A stretch of DNA of 64,000 nucleotides from Gammaproteobacteria bacterium. Its GTDB lineage: Bacteria; Pseudomonadota; Gammaproteobacteria; Ga0077536. Each line of letters opens with the position of its first letter. The first letter of the stretch is position 1. Position numbers and translations under genes: made by a program. The stretch lies in assembly GCA_963662545.2 (NCBI GenBank), contig CAXXLL010000002.1, forward strand, positions 1,888,001 to 1,952,000, read 5' to 3'. Of this stretch, positions 28,582 through 38,398 are shown piece after piece. The notes beneath the pieces were generated by a model that worked only from the letters and a program-made list of their open reading frames with translations, was not told the origin of the DNA and did not search any database.

Positions 28582-29829
28582 ATGAGTGAAGATCGGCCGA
28601 TCTTCGACCCGAGCGCATTTCGACTGACGACGAGCGAAATCGAGCTGACCGCCACGGCGCGCCGCCTTGGCAGTCAGCACTTCGCCGCAAGAGCATCGTC
28701 TTACGACGTTGAAGCGCGCTTTCCGACCGAAAATTACGCGGATCTTCGTGACGCGGGATTACTTGCCGTGTGCGTGCCACCGGAACACGGCGGGTTGGGC
28801 GCGAATTATCGCGCCTATGCCATTACGGCCGCCGAGATCGGTCGTTATTGCGGCGCGACGGCCCTGACCTGGAACATGCACGTGTGTTCCTGCCTGTGGA
28901 CGGGTGAGCTCGCCGACGAGATCGAAATGGATGCCGCGGAACGCGCCCAACACGAGTCCCGTCGCGCAAAGCACTACGCGCGCATTGTTACCGACGGAGC
29001 GATTTACTCCCAGCCGTTTTCCGAAGGCGGGAGCGCCGCTGCGGGCGCGGTCGCATTCGCCACCACCGCCAGGCGCGTGAACCAGGGCTGGCGCATTAAA
29101 GGCCGCAAGATATTCGCATCCCTGTCGGGCCACGCGGACTACTACGGCATTTTGTGTACGGAGGAGGGCAGTGACGGCTCGCTGTCGCGGCGCAATACCC
29201 TTTACATCGCCGTCCCTGCGACGGCTGAAGGCGTCAGCATCGTCGGCGACTGGGATCCGCTGGGCATGCGCGGCACGGTGTCGCGCACCCTGGTGCTCGA
29301 CGACGTGTTCGTACCGGAGGACGAGGCCCTGATGCCGCCCGGCGTCTACTACCAGGCCGCGATCCGCTGGCCGCACATGTTTCTAACCTTGACGCCGACC
29401 TACGTCGGCATTGCGCAAGCCGCCGTGGATTTTACCGTGCGGTATCTGCGCGGCGAAGTCCCTGGTCAAAAAGGCGACAAGCGCCGTAGCTCCGCGGTCA
29501 AGCAGGGCAACATGGCGCGGATGCAGATCCGACTCGAACAAACCAAGGCGCTGTGGTTCCAGGTGATCTCGGAAGCCTGCATCGATCCGACGCGCGAACA
29601 GGTATTGCGCGCTTACGCGGCCCAGTTCACGGTCATGGAGAATGCGAATGCATTGTGCCAGCTTGCGATCCGTACCTGTGGCGGACAGTCGATGTTGAAA
29701 ACACTACCGCTGGAGCGGCTCTACCGCGACAGTCGCTGCGGCTCCCTGATGCTGCCCTGGAGTGCCGATATTTGTCTCGAACGAATCGGGCGGGACGCTT
29801 TGTATGAACCGGGAGAGACCGACGTCTAA
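28582..29829 (+). CDS. Acyl-CoA dehydrogenase-fold flavoprotein
   Basis: ATALTWNMH, SQPFSEGG, GRKIFAS, WDPLGMRGTVS, LERLYRDSRCG. Confidence 0.85.
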   Translation: MSEDRPIFDPSAFRLTTSEIELTATARRLGSQHFAARASSYDVEARFPTENYADLRDAGLLAVCVPPEHGGLGANYRAYAITAAEIGRYCGATALTWNMHVCSCLWTGELADEIEMDAAERAQHESRRAKHYARIVTDGAIYSQPFSEGGSAAAGAVAFATTARRVNQGWRIKGRKIFASLSGHADYYGILCTEEGSDGSLSRRNTLYIAVPATAEGVSIVGDWDPLGMRGTVSRTLVLDDVFVPEDEALMPPGVYYQAAIRWPHMFLTLTPTYVGIAQAAVDFTVRYLRGEVPGQKGDKRRSSAVKQGNMARMQIRLEQTKALWFQVISEACIDPTREQVLRAYAAQFTVMENANALCQLAIRTCGGQSMLKTLPLERLYRDSRCGSLMLPWSADICLERIGRDALYEPGETDV

Positions 29830-29903
29830 GCCGCAATTTCGCAGGCATTATTTGCTACGTCCCTGGCAACGATCGAGCGGGATAAGCTGCGAATGTAAAT
29901 AAA

Positions 29904-31409
29904 ATGAGATCCGGTCCGGATATCGCTGCTTGGATCGACCGCCACGCAGTGTTCACGCCAACCAAGCCCGCCTTGATCACGGACAAGGTGGTCGTCACCT
30001 ATGCGCAACTCGCCGCCCGTATCAATCAACTGGCCGTTTATTTTTCCATGGAGCAGAGGCTGCCGGCCGGTGCCCGCGTCGCATGGCTTGGGCATAACGG
30101 CCCGGATCTAATTGCAGGTCTGTTCGCCTGCGCGCGCGCAGGCTTCATGTTTCTGCCGCTCAACTGGCGTCTCAGCGGCGAAGAATTGCGTTTCATCCTC
30201 GACGACGCGCGCGCCGGCCTGGTCGTCGTCGATGCATCCTGTCGCGAACGCTTGGGCGAATTGGGAGAGGGGTCTCCGTTGGCGACGATCGGCTTCGATC
30301 TAGCGGCCGTGCCCCGCCTGCCACCGCCGCGTGCCTGCGCCAGACTTCCAGTTGGACAAAACGCCGAAGCGCCGCTCCTGCTGGTGTATACCTCCGGCAC
30401 AACGGGACGGCCCAAGGGCACGGTGCTGACCCAGCGCGCGTTGCTCTTCAATGCGCTTAACGCAATCCACATGCACACCATGACGGCGAAGGACGTCGTG
30501 CTGACCGTGCTGCCGATGTTTCATGTCGGCGGTCTCAATATCCAAACGACACCCGCACTCTACTGCGGTGCCACGGTCGCGCTCGAGCCGCGCTTCGACC
30601 CCGAAGAGACCATCGAGGCCATCAAGCGAGTCAAACCGAGCTTGACGGTCCAGGTGCCGGCGACCTTAAAGGCCCTGCTGGATCATCCGCACTTCGCGCG
30701 AGTTGACTTGAGCTGTCTGCGCGGCGTAACAACGGGTTCGATGGACGTCCCCGTCACTTTGATCGAAGCGATGCACGCTCGGAAGGTTCCGGTCAGCCAG
30801 ATCTACGGGGCAACGGAAACGGGCCCCGTCGCCATCTACCAGCGTCTCGACGATGCGTTTGACAGCGTTGGGTCTATCGGACGGGCCGGTTTGCACACTG
30901 AAATACGGCTCGTCGGCGCTGACGGCGGGACCGTTGGCGTTGGCACGCCCGGTGAAATTCTCGTGCGCGGACCGCATGTCGCGACGGGTTACTGGAATCC
31001 CAACGTGGCGGCGGCGATTCCGTTCACCGACGGATGGTTCGCGAGCGGTGACATTGCCGAATGTGACGACGCCGGCCTCTACTGGTTCAAGGATCGCATC
31101 AAGCACGTCATTATTTCGGGCGGCGAGAACATCTATCCAGCCGAACTCGAACGGATCTTGAACGCGAGCGGCGATTTACGGGAGGCGGCTGTCGTCGGTC
31201 GGCCACATGCGCGTTGGGGTGAAGTTCCCGTGGTAGTCGCTATCAAGGCACGATTCGATACCCGCAAGGACGAGGTCTTGAGTCTCTTCAACGGGACGCT
31301 CGCGCAGTACAAACGACCGCACGACGTCGTCTTCATTGACGCGCTGCCACGCAACGCTCTCGGCAAGATTGAAGTTCAGCAATTGCGGGAGTTGGTTGGC
31401 GACGTATAG
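29904..31409 (+). CDS. AMP-dependent acyl-CoA synthetase
   Basis: YTSGTTGRPKG, IYGATETG, ISGGENIYPAE, LPRNALGK. Confidence 0.92.
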   Translation: MRSGPDIAAWIDRHAVFTPTKPALITDKVVVTYAQLAARINQLAVYFSMEQRLPAGARVAWLGHNGPDLIAGLFACARAGFMFLPLNWRLSGEELRFILDDARAGLVVVDASCRERLGELGEGSPLATIGFDLAAVPRLPPPRACARLPVGQNAEAPLLLVYTSGTTGRPKGTVLTQRALLFNALNAIHMHTMTAKDVVLTVLPMFHVGGLNIQTTPALYCGATVALEPRFDPEETIEAIKRVKPSLTVQVPATLKALLDHPHFARVDLSCLRGVTTGSMDVPVTLIEAMHARKVPVSQIYGATETGPVAIYQRLDDAFDSVGSIGRAGLHTEIRLVGADGGTVGVGTPGEILVRGPHVATGYWNPNVAAAIPFTDGWFASGDIAECDDAGLYWFKDRIKHVIISGGENIYPAELERILNASGDLREAAVVGRPHARWGEVPVVVAIKARFDTRKDEVLSLFNGTLAQYKRPHDVVFIDALPRNALGKIEVQQLRELVGDV

Positions 31410-31446
31410 GGGCCCGATTGCGAGCCGCTAGTCGGCCACCTATGCC

Positions 31447-32778
31447 TCAAAGATTCTGCAGTATTTCGTCTTGTTCCCGTAGCTGCCGCTCGGGCAGTTT
31501 TTGGTCGAGCGTCGCCTCGCGTTCGAGTTCACTGTCGACGTAGGCAAGCCATTGTCGCGCGGCCTTGGCACTTCGTTTATCCGTCGAAGCCAGCTTAAAG
31601 GCGGCACGCGCCAGAGCGAGGTGCCGTTGATTGAACAAGGCCATGCCTAACATGATGTTGGCGATGTCACTGCGTTTGACGCCGCCCTTGGAGAGTCCCT
31701 TGCGGACCGCGTCGGCCGCTTCCGGCCAGCGGTCGAGATTGATGTAGGACTGTGCCAGACGCACGAATAGTTCGCCCTTATCCGACATCCCCGCGGCGCG
31801 AGCCAGCGGCGGAATCGCCTTCTCGTTCTCCCGCGCCTGATACCAGGCCTGCGACAACAGGCGCAGGTTGCGCTCGGTACTTTCCACGCGGCCGCCCTCG
31901 ACCTCCCGTTGCAGGATCTTCGCGGCCTTGTAGGGAACGTTGTGCACGAGATAGAGATTGGCGAGATTCACCAGGTGGTGCGTCCCCTTGATCAGGCCCG
32001 CATCGTACAGCGCCTCGGTCAGTGCGAGTTGTTTCTTGGTATCGCCGAGTTCGCTATAGACGCCCGCAAGGGTGAGCACATAAGTCTGTTTCGGGTAAAA
32101 GACGATGAGCTGCTTCAGTATGGCGATCATGTTTTTAAAATCGCTCAACTCGTAGTAGCACACACGCAACAAGAGCAGCCAGTTTTCGCGCGGTTTGCGG
32201 CCTTGCTCGCGATACTTGTCGATCGCGGTTTTGATGGGCGCCAGGGCCTGTCGATATTGTTGCAGCTGAAAATGCGCCTGGCCCTTCAACATGTAGACGT
32301 CCGGGCTCGGTGCGGATACGACCACGATCAGGCGGTCGACCGTCGCTAGGGCCTTTTCGTAGTTTTCGATGGTGAAATAAAGCTGGCTCAAGGTCTTGAG
32401 CGTGCTCTGGACCATCGCTTCGGGCAGATCGCCTTGGGCGATGACATTTTCGTAAGATTTCACCGCTCGTGGGTAGTTCTCCTGCAGATAATAGGCATAA
32501 CCGGTCAGGTTCCAGATCTGGGCCGTTTCATAGACTGAAAGATCACTGGTTTCGCGAAGTTTTTTCAACCGTGCCAAGCCGTCTGCGTACTGATTGGCTT
32601 CGATCAATTCCTGCGCTTTCTGCAACCCTTCATAGACCGGCTGACTCATGGCGACCGTCTTCTTGGTCTTTTGTGGAGCGGTTTGCTCGGCTTCCTGTGA
32701 CCCGTTCTGTGCCGTGGCCGTGCCGCTGAGGGCCGCGGTAAGGACGAATAGTGTGATCAAAAGGCGCCTGAACATCAT
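31447..32778 (-). CDS. Exported tetratricopeptide repeat protein (TonB2-operon TtpD-like)
   Basis: Signal peptide and repeated TPR-like helices; last gene of the TonB operon. Confidence 0.8.
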   Translation of the reverse strand: MMFRRLLITLFVLTAALSGTATAQNGSQEAEQTAPQKTKKTVAMSQPVYEGLQKAQELIEANQYADGLARLKKLRETSDLSVYETAQIWNLTGYAYYLQENYPRAVKSYENVIAQGDLPEAMVQSTLKTLSQLYFTIENYEKALATVDRLIVVVSAPSPDVYMLKGQAHFQLQQYRQALAPIKTAIDKYREQGRKPRENWLLLLRVCYYELSDFKNMIAILKQLIVFYPKQTYVLTLAGVYSELGDTKKQLALTEALYDAGLIKGTHHLVNLANLYLVHNVPYKAAKILQREVEGGRVESTERNLRLLSQAWYQARENEKAIPPLARAAGMSDKGELFVRLAQSYINLDRWPEAADAVRKGLSKGGVKRSDIANIMLGMALFNQRHLALARAAFKLASTDKRSAKAARQWLAYVDSELEREATLDQKLPERQLREQDEILQNL

Positions 32779-32782
32779 GCAG

Positions 32783-33433
32783 TCAATCTTCGAGCTTGTA
32801 GGTGAACATGTTGCGCACCCCGGGCACTTCGACACTCTGGCCGTCGATCACGCGGGGCTTGTATTTGAACTTAGTCGCTGCGGCGACCGACGCCTTCTTG
32901 AACGCGCTGTCACAGGCGCCATTGACCGCACGCGTATCGCGCGTAGTGCCGGTTCGCGTTACCGTGAATTCGACGATGCAGTGGCCTTCGATTCCGCGCG
33001 ACAGGGCGCGATGAGGATAAATCGGCGCGACTTTTACGATGGGCAAATAATCGCCTTCGCCGATGCCCAGACTGAAACCGCTGGAAGTCAGTTCGATATC
33101 GGTTTGCACCGGCACGGCGCGGATGGCAATTTTTTCGGCCGTCGGCTTCAAGCGATCCAGCTTCGGCGTCGGCGGTTGCGGCGGCGGCGTCTTGGGCGGC
33201 GGTGGTTTCCTAGGTTTGATCTGGCGCCGTTGAATAGTTTCGGTGCGCTTGATCCGGACGAAATCGACCAGCGCGCCGCGCTTTGTGGTGTCGAGCGTGC
33301 GGTCCGCCGACGTGATGAGGTACTGCATGATCCAGAACAAGCTCAGCGTTACGACGGCCCCGAGCATGACGCCTACTGCGAGGCGTAAGGGGAAAAATCC
33401 ATCCAGATTCGAGCTTTGAGCTTGTGCCGTCAT
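32783..33433 (-). CDS. tonB: Energy transducer TonB
   Basis: N-terminal TM, Pro-rich linker, PIYP.RA..RGIEG, FKYKP. Confidence 0.92.
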   Translation of the reverse strand: MTAQAQSSNLDGFFPLRLAVGVMLGAVVTLSLFWIMQYLITSADRTLDTTKRGALVDFVRIKRTETIQRRQIKPRKPPPPKTPPPQPPTPKLDRLKPTAEKIAIRAVPVQTDIELTSSGFSLGIGEGDYLPIVKVAPIYPHRALSRGIEGHCIVEFTVTRTGTTRDTRAVNGACDSAFKKASVAAATKFKYKPRVIDGQSVEVPGVRNMFTYKLED

Positions 33434-33462
33434 CTTCGTTGCCGCCTACATGCAATAGCGGG

Positions 33463-33873
33463 CTAGAACTCCTGCGCCGCGATAGCGACGTTGGAGACAC
33501 CGGCCGAGCGGGCCGCATCCATGACCTTGATCAGGGTCTCTGTCTTGGAGTCCTTGTCCGCCTGGATGACTACCGAGCCTTGCGGATTTTCCGCGTGCAG
33601 CCGTTCGATGTTGGGCCTGACAGCGCGGATGTCGACCTGGCGGCGGTCGATCCAAACCTCGTTGTTCGCGCTGATGGCGATAAGAATATTCGCCTTTCCC
33701 AGTTTCACGGCCGTCGCGGCGTCCGGCCGGTTGACATCTATCCCGGCCTCCTTGACGAAGGTCGCCGTCACGATGAAGAAGATCAACATGATGAAGACCA
33801 CGTCGAGCATCGGGGTGATGTCGATCGAGGATTCGTCTTCATCCGCCGTTGTACGCGACATCATTCGTCTCAT
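33463..33873 (-). CDS. exbD: Biopolymer transporter ExbD
   Basis: IDITPMLDVVFIMLIFFIVT, VIQADK. Confidence 0.93.
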   Translation of the reverse strand: MRRMMSRTTADEDESSIDITPMLDVVFIMLIFFIVTATFVKEAGIDVNRPDAATAVKLGKANILIAISANNEVWIDRRQVDIRAVRPNIERLHAENPQGSVVIQADKDSKTETLIKVMDAARSAGVSNVAIAAQEF

Positions 33874-33887
33874 GATTGCTCCTCCGG

Positions 33888-34424
33888 TTAATGATCCGAA
33901 GTCATGTGTTCACCGAGCAGCGCGCGCTCTCGAATGAGCTTGCTCTGCAGGTAGGCGCTCATCGCCACGCCCGACAGGGCGGCGACCATGCCTGCCATCG
34001 TGGGCACCGTCGCCTTGGATACACCCGCGGCCATGGAGCGCGGATTACCCGACCCCGATATGGCCATCACCTCGAACACTTCGATCATGCCGGTGACGGT
34101 GCCGAGCAGGCCCAACAGCGGGCAGAGCGCCACGCAGGTGCGGATCAAGAGCATGTTGCGCTCGAGTTCCTGGCCGACCGTCGAGATCATGTACTCCCGG
34201 ATCCGGTGGGCATTCCAAGACGCGCGTTCGGCGCGCGCGTCCCATTTTTCGATGGTCGCACGCACCACCCGCGGATAGCGAACCGCGAAGTACAAGAGGC
34301 GCTCAAATATCAGTCCCCACATGACCAGGGTGAGGACGCCGATCAGCAGCAACACATCGCCGCCGAGTTCGAAGAAGTCACGCACGGCTTCCAGTTGAGG
34401 AAGGATGTAATAGAGTTTTTCCAT
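33888..34424 (-). CDS. exbB: MotA/TolQ/ExbB proton channel protein
   Basis: CPLLGLLGTVTGMI, MAAGVSKATVPTMAG. Start set at MEKLYY. Confidence 0.88.
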   Translation of the reverse strand: MEKLYYILPQLEAVRDFFELGGDVLLLIGVLTLVMWGLIFERLLYFAVRYPRVVRATIEKWDARAERASWNAHRIREYMISTVGQELERNMLLIRTCVALCPLLGLLGTVTGMIEVFEVMAISGSGNPRSMAAGVSKATVPTMAGMVAALSGVAMSAYLQSKLIRERALLGEHMTSDH

Positions 34425-34432
34425 CGCCGCTG

Positions 34433-35803
34433 TCAGGCCACCTTGGCGTGCCGGTTTTCCGATTGCATGGCGACCATACCCGTCGCCTGTTCTTCCAGGA
34501 TCTGATTCACCCGTCTGGCGCGGCTGGACACGAGCGTATGCAGCAACACCGTGGGAATTGCGACGCAAAGGCCCAGCACGGTCGTGACCAGCGCTTGCGA
34601 GATGCCGCCTGCCATGATCTTGGGATCGCCGGTGCCGAAAAGCGTGATCGCCTGAAACGTGATGATCATGCCGGTGACCGTGCCGAGCAGACCGAGCAGG
34701 GGTGCGACGACCGCGATGATCTTCAGAAACATCAGCAGGCGGTTGATCTTCGGCGTCTCTCTCAAAATGGCCTCGGAAAGTTTCAGTTCCAGGGTTTCTA
34801 CGTCGGTCTTGGGGTTGTCGTGATAAACCTTCAGTATCCGTCCCAGCGGGTTATTGCCCGGCTTGTCCGGGTTGCGCGCCTGCATGCGGACACGCAAACC
34901 GGTAAAGGTCAAGGTCGCCGTACGTTCGAGCGCGATGAGTAGCGCGAGCGCCCCGAGGCAGATGATCACATAGCCGACGACCCCGCCCTGATCGATTCGC
35001 TCGCGCAGGCCCGGTGCCTGTACGAGCAGCGAAAGGATCTGGCCGCGAGACGGATCGAGACCGAAAGCTGCCGTGCCCACGGACGCGTTTTCGAGTTCGG
35101 AAACCTTGTCCAGATACCGTTGCTGCGGCTGGCGCGCGAGTTCCAACAAGCGCCCGGTTTCCGGAATGAATTGCAGGTACTTGCCTGCGGAAATGACATT
35201 GAAAGCCCCTACGCGTACGACGTCGCGCTGGGCTTCGTTACCGTCGACCGCTACCACGCTGGCCGGAAAGCGCACGACCTTGCCGGACTCGATCATCTCT
35301 CGCTGCAGTTCGAACCACAGGCGTTCGATCTCCTCCAGTGATGCAAGACGGCTTGTCTGGCCCATTTTCTGGGCCAGGTCCGTCAAGAAATCAATCCGTT
35401 CGGGGAACTGTACGTGGGTCAACGAGTTTTCGAACTGGCCCCGGGCGTCGCCCGCTGCCTGCTGCAAAACGCCGAATAATTCCTTGAGCGAGCCGAGCCG
35501 TTCCTTCAGCGCAGCTTCGAGTTCGATGACCCTGACGTCGTTCTCCTCGAAGGCCTTTTCGAGTTGCTCCGAGCGCGCTTCTTGGCGCCGGCGCGCCACC
35601 CTGGCGGCCGCAAGCAGCTTTGCCTGCTCCGCTTTGTTGGCCTTGAACGCCGCGATCCGCGCCGCATTTTCCTTGGCGTCCTGCACCCTTCCTGCCTTGA
35701 CTTTTTGCAGTAGCAGGTCGAGCGACAGCGCGTCCTCGGCGGCCACCGGCGCAGCCGCGATCAAGCTGAGGGTGATGATAGCTACCAGCCTGCGGGCACT
35801 CAT
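34433..35803 (-). CDS. Large ExbB-family protein with periplasmic coiled coil (TtpC-like)
   Basis: APLLGLLGTVTGMI, GGISQALVTTVLGL, VVRVGAFN. Confidence 0.88.
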   Translation of the reverse strand: MSARRLVAIITLSLIAAAPVAAEDALSLDLLLQKVKAGRVQDAKENAARIAAFKANKAEQAKLLAAARVARRRQEARSEQLEKAFEENDVRVIELEAALKERLGSLKELFGVLQQAAGDARGQFENSLTHVQFPERIDFLTDLAQKMGQTSRLASLEEIERLWFELQREMIESGKVVRFPASVVAVDGNEAQRDVVRVGAFNVISAGKYLQFIPETGRLLELARQPQQRYLDKVSELENASVGTAAFGLDPSRGQILSLLVQAPGLRERIDQGGVVGYVIICLGALALLIALERTATLTFTGLRVRMQARNPDKPGNNPLGRILKVYHDNPKTDVETLELKLSEAILRETPKINRLLMFLKIIAVVAPLLGLLGTVTGMIITFQAITLFGTGDPKIMAGGISQALVTTVLGLCVAIPTVLLHTLVSSRARRVNQILEEQATGMVAMQSENRHAKVA

Positions 35804-36570
35804 TCGGTGGCTCCTTTCGGCGCCGATATCGGCAACACCAGCAGGTTGGGTGCGACTTGTTTACGCGCCACTCTCAAACCTTTGGATACATCCTGCTTGT
35901 AAGTTGCCGGCGCGAGAGGCTCCCATTGCCCGGTCTCCCGGTTCCAGGCGCCGGTCAGATCTCCGCCGTCCGTTTGGTACAACAACGCGACGCGGCCGAC
36001 GCGCAGGAAGTTCACTTCGCGCGCGCCGCCACCGGCTTCTAGCGTACCCCTATACGCTTCAATCGTACGGCCGTAGTCGTTCTCGATCTGATACGCTTCG
36101 AGTACGCGGCGGAATTTTTCCGCCGCGGTAACGTCCGAGCGTTCCATCATGGCGCGCAGTCGCTCGACGCGGAGGCTGCGCTCTTCGGGCAGAAACGGCA
36201 CGTCGAGCGCAACGAATTCGGCCAGCGCTTCGATCATGCGCACCATCAGCGGGACGATCTGGCGTTCGATCAACGAGACCTTGCTGATCGAATCCGCTAA
36301 GGCCTCCATCTCCGCGACCTGATTGTCGACCTGTTTTTGCAGCAGATTATTATAGATCTTGAGTCCGTCGACGACCTTGGTGACCTGTTTGTATTCGGCC
36401 TCGAGATCGCCGGCCTGGTCGCTCAGCTTTTCGACTTCACGTTGAGCGGCGGCGCCTTCGTCGACGCGCTGCTCTCCGGTCCTGGTCACGTCATCGACCT
36501 TAGCCTGCGCCCAGGCGACGCCCGGCAGCGCCGTGATTACGAGCACGGCATACAAGCATAATCTGCTCAT
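35800..36570 (-). CDS. DUF3450 family protein (TtpB-like)
   Basis: PLMVRM, DVPFLPEER, EKFRRVLEAYQIE, LRVGRVAL; first gene of the TonB operon. Confidence 0.85.
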   Translation of the reverse strand: MSRLCLYAVLVITALPGVAWAQAKVDDVTRTGEQRVDEGAAAQREVEKLSDQAGDLEAEYKQVTKVVDGLKIYNNLLQKQVDNQVAEMEALADSISKVSLIERQIVPLMVRMIEALAEFVALDVPFLPEERSLRVERLRAMMERSDVTAAEKFRRVLEAYQIENDYGRTIEAYRGTLEAGGGAREVNFLRVGRVALLYQTDGGDLTGAWNRETGQWEPLAPATYKQDVSKGLRVARKQVAPNLLVLPISAPKGATE

Positions 36571-36835
36571 TGAGATCCCCATTTTTCGTTAGTATTCCCC
36601 AATCGTTGCCAGATTTCGTATGGGTACGGGGCTGGTCTCCCCGATCGTATGGTAGTGCACCCTTAATGCGGCGGTCTACCGGTAGCCGGCGTGCGCCGGT
36701 CCGCTGCAAGCAACCGTTGCATACCGATCGCAACCGTTGCCGGCCCACCGCCGCCGAACGACCGCGACCTGCGTGCGGCCCGTGTGCCAGCAATGGTAGG
36801 ATCCGTCTACACGTGCAATCTTTGGAGACCGCGGC

Positions 36836-38362
36836 GTGACTCAGATCAAAGCGGATGATGTCATTCAAAGCGTCGCCGACGCCCTCCAGTACATCTCTTA
36901 TTACCATCCGCCAGACTACATCGCAAATCTCGCGCGGGCTTATGAACTCGAGGAATCGCAGGCTGCCCGGGATGCGATGGCTCAGATTCTGGTCAATTCG
37001 CGCATGTGCGCCGAAGGACGCCGCCCGATTTGCCAGGATACCGGCATCGTCAATGTATTCTGCCGAGTGGGCATGAACGTCCGTTGGGCCGACGACATGC
37101 TGCTGGATGACATGATCAACGAGGGCGTAAGGCGCGCCTACCTGCACTCCGACAACAAGCTGCGTTCTTCGATCGTCAGCGATCCCGCAGGTGACCGCGT
37201 CAATACCGGCGACAACACGCCGGCGGTCATTCATACCGAACTCGTAGCCGGCGACAAACTCGACATCACCGTCGCGGCAAAAGGCGGCGGTTCGGAGAAT
37301 AAATCGAAGTTCACGATGCTCAATCCCTCCGACAGCATCGTCGAGTGGGTGCTCGAAACGCTGCCGACCATGGGCGCGGGCTGGTGCCCGCCGGGCTTGC
37401 TTGGCATCGGCATCGGCGGCACCGCCGAGAAGGCGATGATGCTGGCCAAAGGCGCCTTAATGGATCCGATTGATATGCAGGAATTGATCGCACGCGGGCC
37501 CGAAAACGGCATCGAGGCGTTGCGTATCGAGCTATACGAAAAAGTAAATGCGCTCGGTATTGGTGCGCAGGGGCTGGGCGGTCTGACCACGGTCCTCGAT
37601 GTGAAAATCAAGGACTATCCAACGCACGCGGCCTCAAAACCCGTGGCGATGATTCCGAATTGTGCAGCGACCCGCCACGCTCATTTCGTCCTGGACGGAT
37701 CGGGGGTCGCCACACTGCCAGCGCCGAAACTCGAAGACTGGCCCGAGATCGCCTGGTCGGTCGGCGACAACGCGCGCCGCGTCGATCTGAATACCGTGAC
37801 GCGGGAGGAAGTGCAAAGCTGGCAGCCCGGTGAGACGCTTTTATTGTCAGGCTCAATGTTGACCGGGCGCGACGGCGCGCACCAGCGTATTGCGGAGCTG
37901 TTCGAGCGCGGTGATCCCCTGCCGCCAGGCGTCGATTTCAATAACCGGTTCATCTACTACGTTGGACCGGTCGACCCGGTCCGTGACGAAGTCGTCGGTC
38001 CAGCGGGGCCGACCACGGCCACCCGCATGGATAAATACACCGACATGATGCTGGAACGGACGGGACTCATGGGAATGATCGGAAAAGCCGAGCGCGGTCC
38101 GGTCGCGATCGATGCGATCAAGCGCCACCGCGCGGTCTACCTGATGGCGGTAGGCGGCGCCGCTTATCTGGTATCAAAGGCCATCCGCGAAGCGCGGATC
38201 GTCGCTTTCGAAGAAATGGGCATGGAAGCCATTCACGAATTCGTGGTCGAGGATATGCCGGTGACAGTCGCGGTGGACAGTCATGGTACCAGCGTTCACG
38301 AAACCGGGCCGCGTGAATGGCGGGCCCGGATCGGCAAGATTCCGGTCAAGGTGGAGGCCTGA
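36836..38362 (+). CDS. Class I (Fe-S) fumarate hydratase
   Basis: PICQDTG, KGGGSEN, GWCPP, GPAGPTTATRMD. Confidence 0.93.
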   Translation: MTQIKADDVIQSVADALQYISYYHPPDYIANLARAYELEESQAARDAMAQILVNSRMCAEGRRPICQDTGIVNVFCRVGMNVRWADDMLLDDMINEGVRRAYLHSDNKLRSSIVSDPAGDRVNTGDNTPAVIHTELVAGDKLDITVAAKGGGSENKSKFTMLNPSDSIVEWVLETLPTMGAGWCPPGLLGIGIGGTAEKAMMLAKGALMDPIDMQELIARGPENGIEALRIELYEKVNALGIGAQGLGGLTTVLDVKIKDYPTHAASKPVAMIPNCAATRHAHFVLDGSGVATLPAPKLEDWPEIAWSVGDNARRVDLNTVTREEVQSWQPGETLLLSGSMLTGRDGAHQRIAELFERGDPLPPGVDFNNRFIYYVGPVDPVRDEVVGPAGPTTATRMDKYTDMMLERTGLMGMIGKAERGPVAIDAIKRHRAVYLMAVGGAAYLVSKAIREARIVAFEEMGMEAIHEFVVEDMPVTVAVDSHGTSVHETGPREWRARIGKIPVKVEA

Positions 38363-38398
38363 CAGGGGGTTTGCCGCGGTTTCGAGGTCACCGCGCGG

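Noticed and set aside
31447-36570. Six-gene TonB operon with two ExbB-like genes and no receptor
   Set aside because: Matches the known TtpB-TtpC-ExbB-ExbD-TonB-TtpD (TonB2) arrangement, so it is not novel.
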